A DNA stretch of 64,000 nucleotides, taken from the NCBI GenBank assembly GCA_043825095.1, contig JBDRSE010000102.1:4655-68654 (forward strand), given 5' to 3'. The notes below the pieces were generated by a model that had not been told where the DNA came from, made no database searches, and saw only the letters and a list, made by a program, of their open reading frames with translations. The DNA is from a bacterium. Its GTDB lineage: Bacteria > Myxococcota_A > Polyangia > HGW-17 > JAJRWW01. A program made the translations under genes and the position numbers. Shown here one piece after another: positions 49,752 through 60,041 of the stretch. Position 1 is the stretch's first letter, and each line of letters starts with the position of its first letter.

Positions 49752-51380
49752 CTACAGGAGATCGACCTTCGCGTTGGTTTCGAAGGACCGGGCAAGCTCG
49801 GCGCAGCGGGCGTTGTCGATCTGCAGGGGGCAGAAGTGGATGGCCAGCGTGTAGCGGAGCTTCGTCTCGGCGAAGGGCTTGTCCGAAACCGAGAACAGGA
49901 GCCCTTTTTGCGCGTCGTAGAAGTACGTGCGCTCGAAGCTCGGCGTGTCGACGGTCCAGAGCCGCCTGTCATTCAGCCGCGTGTGGCTCACGAGCGCGAT
50001 GGTCAGCGGACGCACCTTCACCTCGTACGTGATCGCCTTGTCCGTCAGCAGCCGCTTGTACTCCGAGCGCGCGGTGGTCAAGTAGGTCTGGGCGAGACGA
50101 TCTACGTCCACAGATCGGTCCGCGAACACATAAAGCTCGTGCGGCGCGCCGAACCGTCGCTTGACGGGCCACTGCCCCACGTCGTGCCCAATGGCCGTCA
50201 GGGCGGAGTGGTCCGCCGGAAGCGCCGGGGAAACCTTGACGTGCATCGCAGCCGGCCGCGACCTCTTGGGCGATTGAGGTGGCCTCTTGCCACGTCTCAG
50301 GACGAAGTAGAGCGTCGCCGCACCGGCCAGGAGCACCACCAGACCGAGCACCACCGCGATCAGTGTGACCCTGGATTTCGGCGCCTCCGCGGTGGCGGGC
50401 TCGATCGCCGCGGCGGTAGACGCCAGGGCGATGGACTCCCGGGTGACCCGCCTGCGGACAGCCTTGCCTTCGGGGGTCGCAAACAGCGCCTGGCGCATCT
50501 CCCGGGCGCTCTGAAAGCGCTGATCCTGCCCTTTGGCGAGGGACTTGAGGATGACCGCCTCCAGCTGGGGGGAGATGTCGGCCCCCGCCTCCCGGGGAGG
50601 GCGCGGCTCCGTGGAGAGATGCATCTGCATGACCTCGAACTGGCTCTCCCCGTCGAAGGGGGGCTCCCCGACGACGGCCTCGTAGAGAGAAACTCCCAAG
50701 GAGTACAGGTCGGTCCGCGCATCGATGTCCTTGCCGCGCACCTGCTCCGGCGCCATGTAGCGCACCGTGCCCATGGTTTGTCCGGTCTGGGTCAGCTTGT
50801 TGTCCCGGGTGATCTTGGCGATTCCGAAATCCGTCACCTTCACAGAGCCGTCGGCGCGCACGATGATGTTGGAGGGCTTGATGTCCCGGTGCACGACGTT
50901 TTCGGAATGGGCGTGCGCCAAGCCGTCCAGCACCTGGTAGGCCACCCGGACCGCCTCGTCCGGGGGCACTTTTTCCAGGCGCTCGATCAACTCCTCGAAG
51001 GTTTCGCCTTCGGCGTACTGCATCACGAGGCACAGTCGTCCGACGTCCTCGGCGAAGTTGATGAGGTGAACGATGTTCGGGTGCTCGAGTTTGGCGAGGG
51101 TTCGCGCTTCCTCCAGAAATCGTGACTTGACTTCGGCATAGGCGGCGAGCTCCGGAGGCAGCATTTTAATCGCCACCTCCTGCTCGGTGAGCTGGTTCAC
51201 ACCGAGATAGACCACTGCCATGCCGCCCTGCCCGAGCACCCTGGTGAGCTTGAAGGAGTCGAACATGATGGTCCCGATCAGCTCTTCGGGGCCGCGTCCT
51301 GCGATGGGCTCGCCGCAGGAGTAGCAGAGCTGCGCGGTCTCCAGGTTTTCAGCGCCACACGCCGTGCAGTGCAATGCCAT
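49752..51380 (-). CDS. Ser/Thr protein kinase with N-terminal zinc ribbon and TM helix
   Basis: CTAC..CYSC, GQGGMAVVY, HRDIKPSN, DFG, GTVRYMAPE. Confidence 0.95.
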   Translation of the reverse strand: MALHCTACGAENLETAQLCYSCGEPIAGRGPEELIGTIMFDSFKLTRVLGQGGMAVVYLGVNQLTEQEVAIKMLPPELAAYAEVKSRFLEEARTLAKLEHPNIVHLINFAEDVGRLCLVMQYAEGETFEELIERLEKVPPDEAVRVAYQVLDGLAHAHSENVVHRDIKPSNIIVRADGSVKVTDFGIAKITRDNKLTQTGQTMGTVRYMAPEQVRGKDIDARTDLYSLGVSLYEAVVGEPPFDGESQFEVMQMHLSTEPRPPREAGADISPQLEAVILKSLAKGQDQRFQSAREMRQALFATPEGKAVRRRVTRESIALASTAAAIEPATAEAPKSRVTLIAVVLGLVVLLAGAATLYFVLRRGKRPPQSPKRSRPAAMHVKVSPALPADHSALTAIGHDVGQWPVKRRFGAPHELYVFADRSVDVDRLAQTYLTTARSEYKRLLTDKAITYEVKVRPLTIALVSHTRLNDRRLWTVDTPSFERTYFYDAQKGLLFSVSDKPFAETKLRYTLAIHFCPLQIDNARCAELARSFETNAKVDLL

Positions 51381-51388
51381 TCGTCACC

Positions 51389-52261
51389 TCAATAGTCGGC
51401 GCGTCGGAGGAACTCCTCGATGGCCTGGATGACCTGGTCCGGGAACTCCACCGCCGCGTAGTGCGTGGCGCCTTTGATGACTTTCAGGTCGCAGTCGGGG
51501 ATACGGCCCCGGATGTGCTCGGCGGTCTTGACCGGCGTCATGATGTCCCTGTCACCCGTGATGATCAGGCTCGGACAGGTCACCCGATCCACCACGTCGC
51601 AGGCATCGTGCTCCCCCAGCGCTTTCAGCGTTTCGGCATAGGTTTCGAAATCCAGGCGCACGAAGTCCCCCGCGAGCTCGGTGAACACCTCCATGTCGAG
51701 CGTCTTGCCGACCAGGCCGAGCTGTTGCAGCACCGGTATCAGCTTGGGCCAGCTCGTCGCGAGGGTGCTTCCCTTCGAGATGATGCTGGGGTAGCGACGC
51801 ATCAGCTCCAGGCCGGCCAGGATGATCTGTTTGGAGCCGGGAATGCCAAGGGCCGTGTCGAAGGGCGTGCCGCAGGTGCCGTTGAGCAGGACGAGCCCCT
51901 TGAACATCTCCGGATGTAGCCGATAGAACTCGAAGTTGACCTGCGTTCCCATGGACCAGCCGATGAAGACCGCCTCGGAGATGGACTCCCGCTGCAAGAG
52001 CAGCTCGAGGTCGCGGCAGTGATTCGGCACGGTCACCGAGCTCAGGTCATTCGGCTTGGCCGAGCCGTAGAGCCCGCGGTAGTCCCAGCAGACGAAGCGG
52101 TAGCGGTCCCCGATCGCGCGGTACACGTGACGCCAGGCCGCGAAGGTGCCCCCCAGGCCGTTCGCCATGACGATCGGTTTGCCTGCGCCGTAGCTTTGGT
52201 ATCGGATTCGGGTGGAGTCGAAGCTCTCGAAATCGGATTCAGAATAGGTAGATGGCTCCAT
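51389..52261 (-). CDS. alpha/beta hydrolase
   Basis: NGLGG, WDYRGLYGS, nucleophile elbow GWSMG, GDRD, ATH. Confidence 0.92.
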   Translation of the reverse strand: MEPSTYSESDFESFDSTRIRYQSYGAGKPIVMANGLGGTFAAWRHVYRAIGDRYRFVCWDYRGLYGSAKPNDLSSVTVPNHCRDLELLLQRESISEAVFIGWSMGTQVNFEFYRLHPEMFKGLVLLNGTCGTPFDTALGIPGSKQIILAGLELMRRYPSIISKGSTLATSWPKLIPVLQQLGLVGKTLDMEVFTELAGDFVRLDFETYAETLKALGEHDACDVVDRVTCPSLIITGDRDIMTPVKTAEHIRGRIPDCDLKVIKGATHYAAVEFPDQVIQAIEEFLRRADY

Positions 52262-52434
52262 AGGGCGTCCTTGGCGATGTCTCGGTCCTGTATATACGAT
52301 GGTACCTTGCGGGCCAGTATATACGCAAAGGTCGCCCAGTGCGCGAATTTGGATCGGTTTGAGCCACCGCGGGAAGCACTCCCGGGGTTCGTCAAAGGTT
52401 ACGACATGTTCTGGATTTCGTGAGAGGAAGCGGG

Positions 52435-53283
52435 CTAGAAGCGAATGGCGATCCCGAAGCGAACCACGGCGCCGTGGTCGGACTTGTTCACGGCCGGTAC
52501 ACCCCTGGGCGCGTTGGCCGGTACAGAGTCTCCTTGAATGGCGTCATCGTCGTTCTTGATCCGGGTCAGCCCGATGTAGGCGATGTCGCCGCTGAAGATA
52601 AGCCACGGAATCGGCCGCCACTCCAAGCCGAAGGCGAACTCGCCACCAATCTGATCGGCCTTGGCCCTGGGCCGGTCCCCTTCGCTCACATCGTCCCGGA
52701 AAGTCACGTTCTGATAGACGAAGGAGCCGCGAACGAACGGGGTGAAGCGGTACCGCTGGGGCACGAAGTAGTACTGCAGGCCCAGGGTGGTCTTCACGTC
52801 CGTCCGCTTGAGGCCGTCATCCTGGCAGGAAGTACAGGAAACATTGCCGCCCAGGCTGCCGTAAAGATGGAGTTTTCTGGCCAGGCGGATCTGGGCGTAG
52901 AAACCACCTCCTCCGAGGCCGCCATCCTTGAACATCGTACCCTCGCCATACAGACCCAGCGTGACGGCGCGGACGCGCCGATAGCGCCGATAGGGCCGAT
53001 AGGGGGGCGGGCTCACACACGGCTGCTGCTGCATCGCGACCGGCGGGGGTGGCGGCGGGGCCGCGGCCGGTGGGGGCGGAGGAGCCGCTTCGGGCGGAGG
53101 CGGAGGCGGCGGAACCGGCTGTACGTAGACCGGCGGGGGCGGGATAGAGGGCGCGCACGGTCCGATGACCGTGATTTGCGGCCCGATAATGACACCCCTT
53201 CTGCACTGCGCGCTCACTTCTGAGGGCACGATGGTGGCAGCGGTGAGGAATCCTAGAATGGCTGCGTATTTGATCAGGCGCAT
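52435..53283 (-). CDS. outer-membrane beta-barrel protein with Pro-rich N-terminus
   Basis: Signal peptide, poly-Pro tract, alternating beta strands, C-terminal VRFGIAIRF; ATG 53283 after AAGGAG. Confidence 0.8.
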   Translation of the reverse strand: MRLIKYAAILGFLTAATIVPSEVSAQCRRGVIIGPQITVIGPCAPSIPPPPVYVQPVPPPPPPPEAAPPPPPAAAPPPPPPVAMQQQPCVSPPPYRPYRRYRRVRAVTLGLYGEGTMFKDGGLGGGGFYAQIRLARKLHLYGSLGGNVSCTSCQDDGLKRTDVKTTLGLQYYFVPQRYRFTPFVRGSFVYQNVTFRDDVSEGDRPRAKADQIGGEFAFGLEWRPIPWLIFSGDIAYIGLTRIKNDDDAIQGDSVPANAPRGVPAVNKSDHGAVVRFGIAIRF

Positions 53284-53334
53284 GTCGATTGCTCCTTGGA
53301 ACGTCGCTGGTTCCCTGTGTCCAGCAAATTGAAA

Positions 53335-53351
53335 AGCAATTATCGTGCCGG
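53335..53351 (-). promoter_or_regulatory. sigma54 (-24/-12) promoter of the beta-barrel gene
   Basis: CCGGCACGATAATTGCT matches TGGCACG-N4-TTGCW with GG-N10-GC spacing, about 50 bp upstream of the ATG. Confidence 0.8.
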
Positions 53352-53467
53352 TTTCTTGCATTGTTTCCAGATCTGACTCCGGTGCAAAACAAGGGTTAAA
53401 TAATGCTATGTTAACAGGTAAGGCAGCCACAGCGCAAGGGCGCTCGTTCAGAGGCTGAATCGCTGTA

Positions 53468-53483
53468 GTAAACATCTGTTTAC
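53468..53483. promoter_or_regulatory. putative upstream activator site (palindrome)
   Basis: GTAAACA-TC-TGTTTAC, about 117 bp upstream of the -24 element with an AT-rich tract between. Confidence 0.55.
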
Positions 53484-53583
53484 ACGTCCGAGGGAGAAAG
53501 TGAGAACGCTCGTTTGCGCCGTGGTCCGGGAATTCGTATTCGAATCCACTGGATTGGAGAAGGGAGTCTGATCGGCATTGAGA

Positions 53584-55422
53584 CTAGGGCTGGCCTGCCC
53601 GGCATGGGTCTGCGAGGCGCTGGGCACACAGCAGCGTGGTGACCAGGGCCGGAGGGCGCAGGCGCCGAATCATCGACCGGAGCTTTGACTGAGCCTGCTT
53701 GCGGCCGGCGTCGTGCTGTCGACGCTCCCTGAATTGAGGTTCAACCAGTACGGTTCCATACTCGGGAAAGCGCGCGGTGAGCTGACGATCGGCGTCGTCC
53801 CGGTGCTTGCGACACTCCAGCACGACGGCCCGAAGGGCTTGAACCCATTCTCCTCCACCGGAGCTGTGGGCTGCCACGAGGCGGGATGCCGTGTGCGCCA
53901 GTCGGTGAAGCTCGAACACCGCAGACTCGGCGCGCTTCCGGTTTTCCAATCGGATCTGCTGCGGCACCATGCCGATCAGTTTTCGCGCCTCGCTCTGGTA
54001 CGCTTTGAGCGTCAGCCGCCCGACGCGATCCACCGCAGGTCCGGCGCCGTTCGGGAGCGTCTCCAGCCACAGGTAGTAGGGAACCACGTTCCAGGGACGA
54101 TACCAGGTGCGACTCGCCAACACGCCCAGGAGGCCCGGCCAATCCCCGAGGGTTCGACGCAGCACCGCCTCGGTCAGTCGCGCCACGGCGCTGCGGCGCG
54201 TCCGCAGCTCGGCGAGACGGTCCACCAGCAGCCGTCTGGCCGCCGGGACATTCCGCAGCCTCACCCAGCGGGCCAGCGCGTCCACGGCAATGGAAGAAAC
54301 CGCTGAGTCCGAGGAGCCCACGGCCTGCAGGAGCGTCGTCACGGCGCTGAGCGCCGAGTAGTGCGCCAACGTCCGGATGGCAAAAGCAGCCACCCGCGGC
54401 TCGCTGCCGACCGCGGCGGCCACCAGCGCGCGCAGTCGCGCGGACGGCCGCCAAGGGAGCGCCTGCCGCATGGCGGCTCGGAGCAGTGCCGCCTGCTTGC
54501 GTGCTCTGGGGATCCAACGCTGAAGCGCCAGGATCTGCTTTTTTCGAGGCCCCGCCAGCGGATCCGCGGCCAGGGATTGTAGGCGAGCGGGGTCCAGCTC
54601 CAGCACGGCTTTGGCGAGCCGGCGCTGGAAACTGGCGGCGCGGAGGCGGCCGGTGTGTCGTCCCGACGGGTAGCGCTGTAGGTAGTCCCCGATGTCCCGA
54701 GGCTCGCCGAAGTGAGCCAACCGCTCGGCCAGGCGCTCCTCGATGCGTCCCTGCACGCGGTCGAAGTGTTTCGATTTCGGGTATCGGATCAGGAAGGCTT
54801 CGAGGTCCAGAAGCGGGGCGTCCGGGTGGAGCCCCTTGAAATCGATCGTCTCCAGTCGCCTGACGAGGCGTGTCCTGTGATTGGTGCGGGGATGTCGCTT
54901 CAGAAACGCCAGGATCGCCGGTCGCCGACCCGACGTCAGCAGGTTTTGGGCGAGCTGGCCCGTGAGCAGGCGCCACGCCTTCACCGCCAGCGGATGATCG
55001 GCGTGCAGCAGGAGGAACTGGCGATAGGCCACAATGGTGTTCGTCTGCTGGGCGTGGTGGAAGCGCGCTGCGGCGAGCCGGGTGCGCGCGTGATCGGCGA
55101 ACACTCCCTGGCGATGCTGCCGGAGGAAACGCAGCCAGCCCACCACGGTGCGCTGCTGCCGGGCCCGATTGAAGCGGAAGCGCTCCAGCCGGCGTCGCGC
55201 GGCGTCTCTGGACGCCCGGGTCCCGCTGAGGGTGGCCCTGACAAGGCGATCCTCAGCGCTGATCGGGCTCGTGGGAAGAGACATTCCGCCCGGACTGCAC
55301 GCCGGGGCGAAACCGCTGACTGCCGACAGCTGCGCCAGAAGCATGGCCAGGGATTGTACCGGGAGCGCAGATCGCCGCAACGGCGGGCTGATGACTCGTC
55401 TATCAGACATGACGGCCTGCAT
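53584..55422 (-). CDS. hypothetical helical-repeat (HEAT-like) putative lipoprotein
   Basis: Repeated FLKRHP/FLIRYP/YLQRYPSG motifs, HEAT-like segments, APAC lipobox-like; start uncertain. Confidence 0.6.
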   Translation of the reverse strand: MQAVMSDRRVISPPLRRSALPVQSLAMLLAQLSAVSGFAPACSPGGMSLPTSPISAEDRLVRATLSGTRASRDAARRRLERFRFNRARQQRTVVGWLRFLRQHRQGVFADHARTRLAAARFHHAQQTNTIVAYRQFLLLHADHPLAVKAWRLLTGQLAQNLLTSGRRPAILAFLKRHPRTNHRTRLVRRLETIDFKGLHPDAPLLDLEAFLIRYPKSKHFDRVQGRIEERLAERLAHFGEPRDIGDYLQRYPSGRHTGRLRAASFQRRLAKAVLELDPARLQSLAADPLAGPRKKQILALQRWIPRARKQAALLRAAMRQALPWRPSARLRALVAAAVGSEPRVAAFAIRTLAHYSALSAVTTLLQAVGSSDSAVSSIAVDALARWVRLRNVPAARRLLVDRLAELRTRRSAVARLTEAVLRRTLGDWPGLLGVLASRTWYRPWNVVPYYLWLETLPNGAGPAVDRVGRLTLKAYQSEARKLIGMVPQQIRLENRKRAESAVFELHRLAHTASRLVAAHSSGGGEWVQALRAVVLECRKHRDDADRQLTARFPEYGTVLVEPQFRERRQHDAGRKQAQSKLRSMIRRLRPPALVTTLLCAQRLADPCRAGQP

Positions 55423-55549
55423 TTGCCCACAAGCTCCCCCTGGCTGTCAATAGCGCCCCAGCGTCGACAGAGTGAGCCGAGGTGAAAGGCTTCGGCGGTC
55501 ACCATTCGACACCTCGAAATCCCCAGCTTGGGCCCCTCCACCATTCTCC

Positions 55550-55580
55550 TTGACAGGTCCCATGCTCCTGCATATAGACT
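55550..55580 (+). promoter_or_regulatory. putative sigma70 promoter
   Basis: TTGACA followed by TATAGACT at 17-19 nt spacing, upstream of the 55696 gene. Confidence 0.4.
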
Positions 55581-55695
55581 TTCCCATCCCTTTTCCACGG
55601 GTTGCACGTCAACGTGCACCTCGGCCAGAGTGAAAACCTGGCTCGTAACCCGGGAACTAGCAAGGGTTTCTCCACACCCTACGAGGAGGACAGGA

Positions 55696-56952
55696 TTGAC
55701 CGACCAGGGAAAAAAGCCGGGACCCAAGAACATTTCCGACCTGAAGGCCAAGCTGGGATTGAAGAAGCCGGGCGCCGGCGCCGTTACGCCCCCACCGGGC
55801 TTGACCCCTCCGCCCGGCATGGCGCCTCCCGACGGTGACCTTGTCGCGCCTCCCGGTGTCATGGCTCCTCCGGGAGTGATGCCGCCCCCGGGGATGGCGC
55901 AGCCAGCAATGACCCCCCCTCCCGGGATGGCGGCGGCCCCTGGATCGTTCGGTGACGAGAGGGCGTCCTTGGTTGCCCCGCCCGGATTCCAGCCTCCTCC
56001 GAGGCCGCTTGCGGAGCAGCCCGTGCAGGCTGTGGACATCGACCTGGACGTCGTGCAGACCAGCAAGGGCAAGAAGGTGACGCTGATCCTCATCGCCGTC
56101 GGGGCCTCTCTGCTCACGATGTGCGGCGGTTTCTACATGGGTGACATCCGCCTCAAGCGGGATTGGATGAAGAAATCCAAGGCGTCCTGCATCCAGACCT
56201 CCCAGGTCATCAAGAAGCTCAACAAGGGTGCGCGCAAGTTCGATGGCGTGTACGAGGCCGAGGTGGAGAAGACCAAGAAGGGTCAGGCGGTGCTACAGGC
56301 ATACAACCCCAACCTGTTCCAAGAGCTCAACTCCGCCATCGACGAGATCGACGTGTCGAAGCCGAAGCTCAAAGGGTTTCTCAACAAGAATGTTTGGATG
56401 ACCCACTACCGGTTCGTGCGGGGAGCCCAGGATCTGCTGCCGCGGCTGCACAACTTCCTGGCGCTGCTCGCGCAGCTCAAGATGGCCGTACAGCTGGGGT
56501 TGGCTGCGGACGCGAAGTACGGCGCGGCGCTGGCCATGAAGAAGCCGGGCGTCAAACCCCCTGCGCTCAGGAAACTGCCGATGTTCGGCGTCTTCATTAA
56601 GGGCCCACGGGAGGTCGCCTTCGGCGAGCTCGGGGATCCGGTCAAGAAGGACGGCGCTGACTGCAAGAAGACGGACATGGCACAGGCCGAGGGCTACAAG
56701 GTCGGCGACAGCTGCTACTACTTCTCCACGCCGCCGAAGCCGCCCCAGAAGTGCTCCGAGTACTCCGGCACGATCAGGCTGTTCAGAAACACCGACAAAG
56801 AGCTCTTCAACCGGTTGAAGTGCGTCGGCACCGAGGACGTGGTCTTCGTCGGCTGGCGGTACAACGTCATGCAGGTCAAGATGATCCTCGATGAGATCAA
56901 GAGGGTCGACCCCAAGGACCTCTACATCAAGTTCCGCAAGTCCGCCCAGTAG
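55696..56952 (+). CDS. hypothetical bitopic membrane protein with PPG-repeat cytoplasmic region
   Basis: TTG start after GAGGAGG; ISDLKAKLG motif; about 7 PPG repeats; TM; Lys-rich C-terminal domain; strong GC3 bias. Confidence 0.75.
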   Translation: MTDQGKKPGPKNISDLKAKLGLKKPGAGAVTPPPGLTPPPGMAPPDGDLVAPPGVMAPPGVMPPPGMAQPAMTPPPGMAAAPGSFGDERASLVAPPGFQPPPRPLAEQPVQAVDIDLDVVQTSKGKKVTLILIAVGASLLTMCGGFYMGDIRLKRDWMKKSKASCIQTSQVIKKLNKGARKFDGVYEAEVEKTKKGQAVLQAYNPNLFQELNSAIDEIDVSKPKLKGFLNKNVWMTHYRFVRGAQDLLPRLHNFLALLAQLKMAVQLGLAADAKYGAALAMKKPGVKPPALRKLPMFGVFIKGPREVAFGELGDPVKKDGADCKKTDMAQAEGYKVGDSCYYFSTPPKPPQKCSEYSGTIRLFRNTDKELFNRLKCVGTEDVVFVGWRYNVMQVKMILDEIKRVDPKDLYIKFRKSAQ

Positions 56953-57047
56953 AAGCGCTTCCCTCAATCCACAGCAGTTCGCGACAGCCGCGCGTGGGGT
57001 TTCGTGCGCCCCCCCCCGGTGAGTTGTATTGATCCGCGAGAAGCAGT

Positions 57048-58586
57048 TTACGGCGTGGTGAGCTCCATCATGGGCAGCGGCTCGCCGTTGGCGCGGCGCA
57101 TGATGTAAGCCGTGGTGGAGATGTGGTCGAAGGCCAGGTACAGCGGGATCTGCGACGGCATCGTGTTGCCTCCCTCCAGGATGGGGATCGCCAGCCGCCA
57201 GGTGGTGGTGTAGCCGGAGAGTCCTGCGCCAGCGGGACGCTGCGGTGAAGGCTCCGCCGGGGAGAAGGTGTAGGGGCACGTCAGGGAGCCCCATTCGCCC
57301 GGATCGTCGCCCGTGGCGGTACCGGGACCGATGTTGTAGATGCCGTAGAAGATGACGCAGTCCACTCCGCCCAGACCCTGGTTGGCGATCCCGAACCCGA
57401 CCGGCTCGCTGAAGGTGACGACCACCCACGGATCGGCGGGATTCGTCGGATCTTCTTTGGCAGCGGTGGCCGTGACGTCGTCCGCGCTGAGAGACTGGTC
57501 GATCACGAAAAACGCCGCGTTGAAGCTGCCGAAGACGAGCCGGTCGCCGGTGTTCGCGACGGCCGAGATCAGAATGTTGTACTCCGCACCCGTGGGCACC
57601 GCCGGAAGGGCCGTGGGGAACTGGATTGTGAGGCTCCGACCGTCCAGTGAGAGGTTCGGCGTGTGGTACGTCGTCCCGTCCTCGTTCCAGACTTCGACGC
57701 TGAGCGAGGTTTCGTCCACCGGAAGGTTGAACAGCACGTGGATCGGCCCCACGCCGTTCACCGTATCGGGGACAAAGCTCGAGGTGCTCCAGCCCTCGAG
57801 CGCCTGAACGTTGGACGCGAGGATCGCGAGCGAGTTCGGATAGGTCCCGTCGGTCTGCAGGACGATGGTCGGCTGCGGGTTGGGCAGGTCCAAAACGTTG
57901 TAGAAGAAGAACCCCCCCGGATACTCATAGTACCCGTCGGCGTTGGAATCGAAGGGCGGAACGGTGATCGTCACGTCGGCGTCGACCTTCCCCCCGAGGG
58001 CCCAATAGTCGGGAATCCCGGTAAATGTGATCAGCCCGTTCGTGCCGACCAGACCCGATACGGTGTGCTCGCCCTGGTCCACCGGCTGCCCGTTGTCATA
58101 CATCAGGAACCGAGTGTTGGTGGTGAGGGAGATCTCGTGTCCCACAGCGGGCATTCCGTTTTCATCGAACACGTAGAGGCTGAAAAAACCGTTCGACGGC
58201 TCGAGCCCGATGGGGCCCACGGTCAGCGTCGCGTTGTTCACCGGGAAGTTGCCGGCGGCGTTGTTGAATGTCCCGATGACTTCAGCCGAGAGGAAGCTCG
58301 ATGCGGTGATGATAATCAGCACCGGGCCGCTGGCCGGGACCTCGGAGATCGAGAAGATGCCCGAGCCGTCCGTGGTGGTCGTCGTGGTGAAGTCCCCTGC
58401 GATGATTCGCACGGAGGCTCCCGCCAGTGGGCGGTCGTCAGTGGCGTTGAGCACCTGACCTCCGACAGAGCCCGTTGGGGCGACGTCGTTCACCGAGAGA
58501 TTCTCGTCGATGGCGTTGTCGCCACCGCAGCCGGTGGCGACCAGGGCGGCCATGGCCACCAGGGCCACTATGTTTCGTTTTAACAT
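57048..58586 (-). CDS. surface lipoprotein with carboxypeptidase-regulatory-like and Ig-like domains
   Basis: VATGC lipobox; GSVGGQVLNA..PLAGASV..TTDGSGIF; VLFNLPVD, VTFSEPV; ATG 58586 after GGAGG. Confidence 0.8.
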   Translation of the reverse strand: MLKRNIVALVAMAALVATGCGGDNAIDENLSVNDVAPTGSVGGQVLNATDDRPLAGASVRIIAGDFTTTTTTDGSGIFSISEVPASGPVLIIITASSFLSAEVIGTFNNAAGNFPVNNATLTVGPIGLEPSNGFFSLYVFDENGMPAVGHEISLTTNTRFLMYDNGQPVDQGEHTVSGLVGTNGLITFTGIPDYWALGGKVDADVTITVPPFDSNADGYYEYPGGFFFYNVLDLPNPQPTIVLQTDGTYPNSLAILASNVQALEGWSTSSFVPDTVNGVGPIHVLFNLPVDETSLSVEVWNEDGTTYHTPNLSLDGRSLTIQFPTALPAVPTGAEYNILISAVANTGDRLVFGSFNAAFFVIDQSLSADDVTATAAKEDPTNPADPWVVVTFSEPVGFGIANQGLGGVDCVIFYGIYNIGPGTATGDDPGEWGSLTCPYTFSPAEPSPQRPAGAGLSGYTTTWRLAIPILEGGNTMPSQIPLYLAFDHISTTAYIMRRANGEPLPMMELTTP

Positions 58587-58621
58587 TCGTACTTCCTCCT
58601 CCGGACCCTGACGGGTCGGTT

Positions 58622-59950
58622 TCAAAACCTGGCCAACGGATGCGCGAGAATCACGTGTCGTGAGCCGCTGGGGTTGTAGCCGCGCTGCTGCAAACCCACC
58701 GCCAGCCCGACCACGACGCCGACCACGACGGCGCCGACCACGGATCCGACGACAGGCCAAAAGCCCTTGGACTTCCGGAAATCTCGCCAGCCTTCCCGGC
58801 TGCGCATCCACAGCGACCTGGTCGGCTTCTTGAGTGGTTCCGGGACCTTGCCGTCCAAGCGAACACCGCTGAAGAGCAGACGAACCGCCGGGTTGACTTT
58901 CTCCTTGGGGAAATCTACCGAAGGCTTCACGGTGATGGGTCCCTTGAGCAGCTTCTTCAAGCGCGCGTCATACAGGTACAGCGTGAGGACCCCCTGGTCG
59001 TGCTCGGCGCGGGCACGCGCGAGCACCACCAGGTCAACCTTCAGCCGCGCCGCCAGCCCGAGGATGCCGGGGCCCGGCGTACGGCGCCCCATCTCCAACA
59101 GGGCGCGTTCCATGAGCGGCAACGGATCTTTCTTGAATCTCCTGAGGGTGATGGTCGCCCGCTGGAGCTTCGGTGGGTCGACCTCGACGCCCATCGTCGT
59201 TGTCCGATACCCGGGCATGCGCGCCGTGATGTAGTTAGTGCCCTTCTGGACACTCTTCAACGTGATGGGGCCGCGCCCCTGCCGGTGGGCGTTCAGATAT
59301 ACCCGCGCCCCCGGCGGATCGGTGGTCACCTCGACAGTCGACGTGCCGAACTCATCGAACATCATGCGCTCATCGTCGACGAGCTGCGCCATCTGGCGGG
59401 GAAAGGTCTTGGGCGAGTACGTCGTTTTAGGCGCGAGAACCAGCATGCGCCGGAGGGTCTCCTTGGCCTCCTTGACCTTCCCATCGAGGAAGTAGGCCGC
59501 GGCGAGGGCCCGCAGTGCGCGCGCCAGCGGCTCGGCCTTCTGCCGGATCCGAACCAACGCCACAAAGCTGTATTCCAGCAGGCGGACGGCCTTGTTGAAC
59601 TTCTCGATGGCCTTTCCGATTTCGAGGTTGGTCAGATCCCGCTGCCCGGCGGCGAGGAGCTTGTCTGCGCGGAGGAGCCGCCGAACGGAGCCCTTCGGCT
59701 TTTCGAGGATGGCCTGAATGGGGCGATACCGAATGGTCTTGTTTTTCCTCAGAGCCGCCCGGACTGCGGCGAGGGTCCGCTTGAGAACCTTGAGATCCGT
59801 GTTCTGGGCGTCGATGTGAAGTGTGACGCTGGGGCGCTCGGCAGCCTTGCGCACCTCAGGTGCAGGTTGGGCCCGAAGGTCCGTCCCTACAGTCACCCCT
59901 CCCAGGACGGCCGAGCAGCACGCCATGACCATGATCGAGCTTCGTTTCAT
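58622..59950 (-). CDS. PEGA-domain protein with TPR-like region and C-terminal TM
   Basis: Signal peptide; TTDPPGARVYLN...RMPGY; C-terminal hydrophobic helix; ends LARF. Confidence 0.85.
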   Translation of the reverse strand: MKRSSIMVMACCSAVLGGVTVGTDLRAQPAPEVRKAAERPSVTLHIDAQNTDLKVLKRTLAAVRAALRKNKTIRYRPIQAILEKPKGSVRRLLRADKLLAAGQRDLTNLEIGKAIEKFNKAVRLLEYSFVALVRIRQKAEPLARALRALAAAYFLDGKVKEAKETLRRMLVLAPKTTYSPKTFPRQMAQLVDDERMMFDEFGTSTVEVTTDPPGARVYLNAHRQGRGPITLKSVQKGTNYITARMPGYRTTTMGVEVDPPKLQRATITLRRFKKDPLPLMERALLEMGRRTPGPGILGLAARLKVDLVVLARARAEHDQGVLTLYLYDARLKKLLKGPITVKPSVDFPKEKVNPAVRLLFSGVRLDGKVPEPLKKPTRSLWMRSREGWRDFRKSKGFWPVVGSVVGAVVVGVVVGLAVGLQQRGYNPSGSRHVILAHPLARF

Positions 59951-60041
59951 ATCGCACCAAGAATCTGAAAGTTACGGACGGATGTCAAGGTTCCCCGTGG
60001 ATTGGGCTGCCCCGAGTCTTGCGGACGGGCCGACGAGCTTC

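Noticed and set aside
49739-49972. N-terminal extension of the spermidine-synthase-like ORF (and similar extensions of surE, ihfA, rpmI, nadD, NamZ, VWA)
   Set aside because: Extensions overlap neighbouring genes, RNAs or promoter regions; better starts lie downstream.
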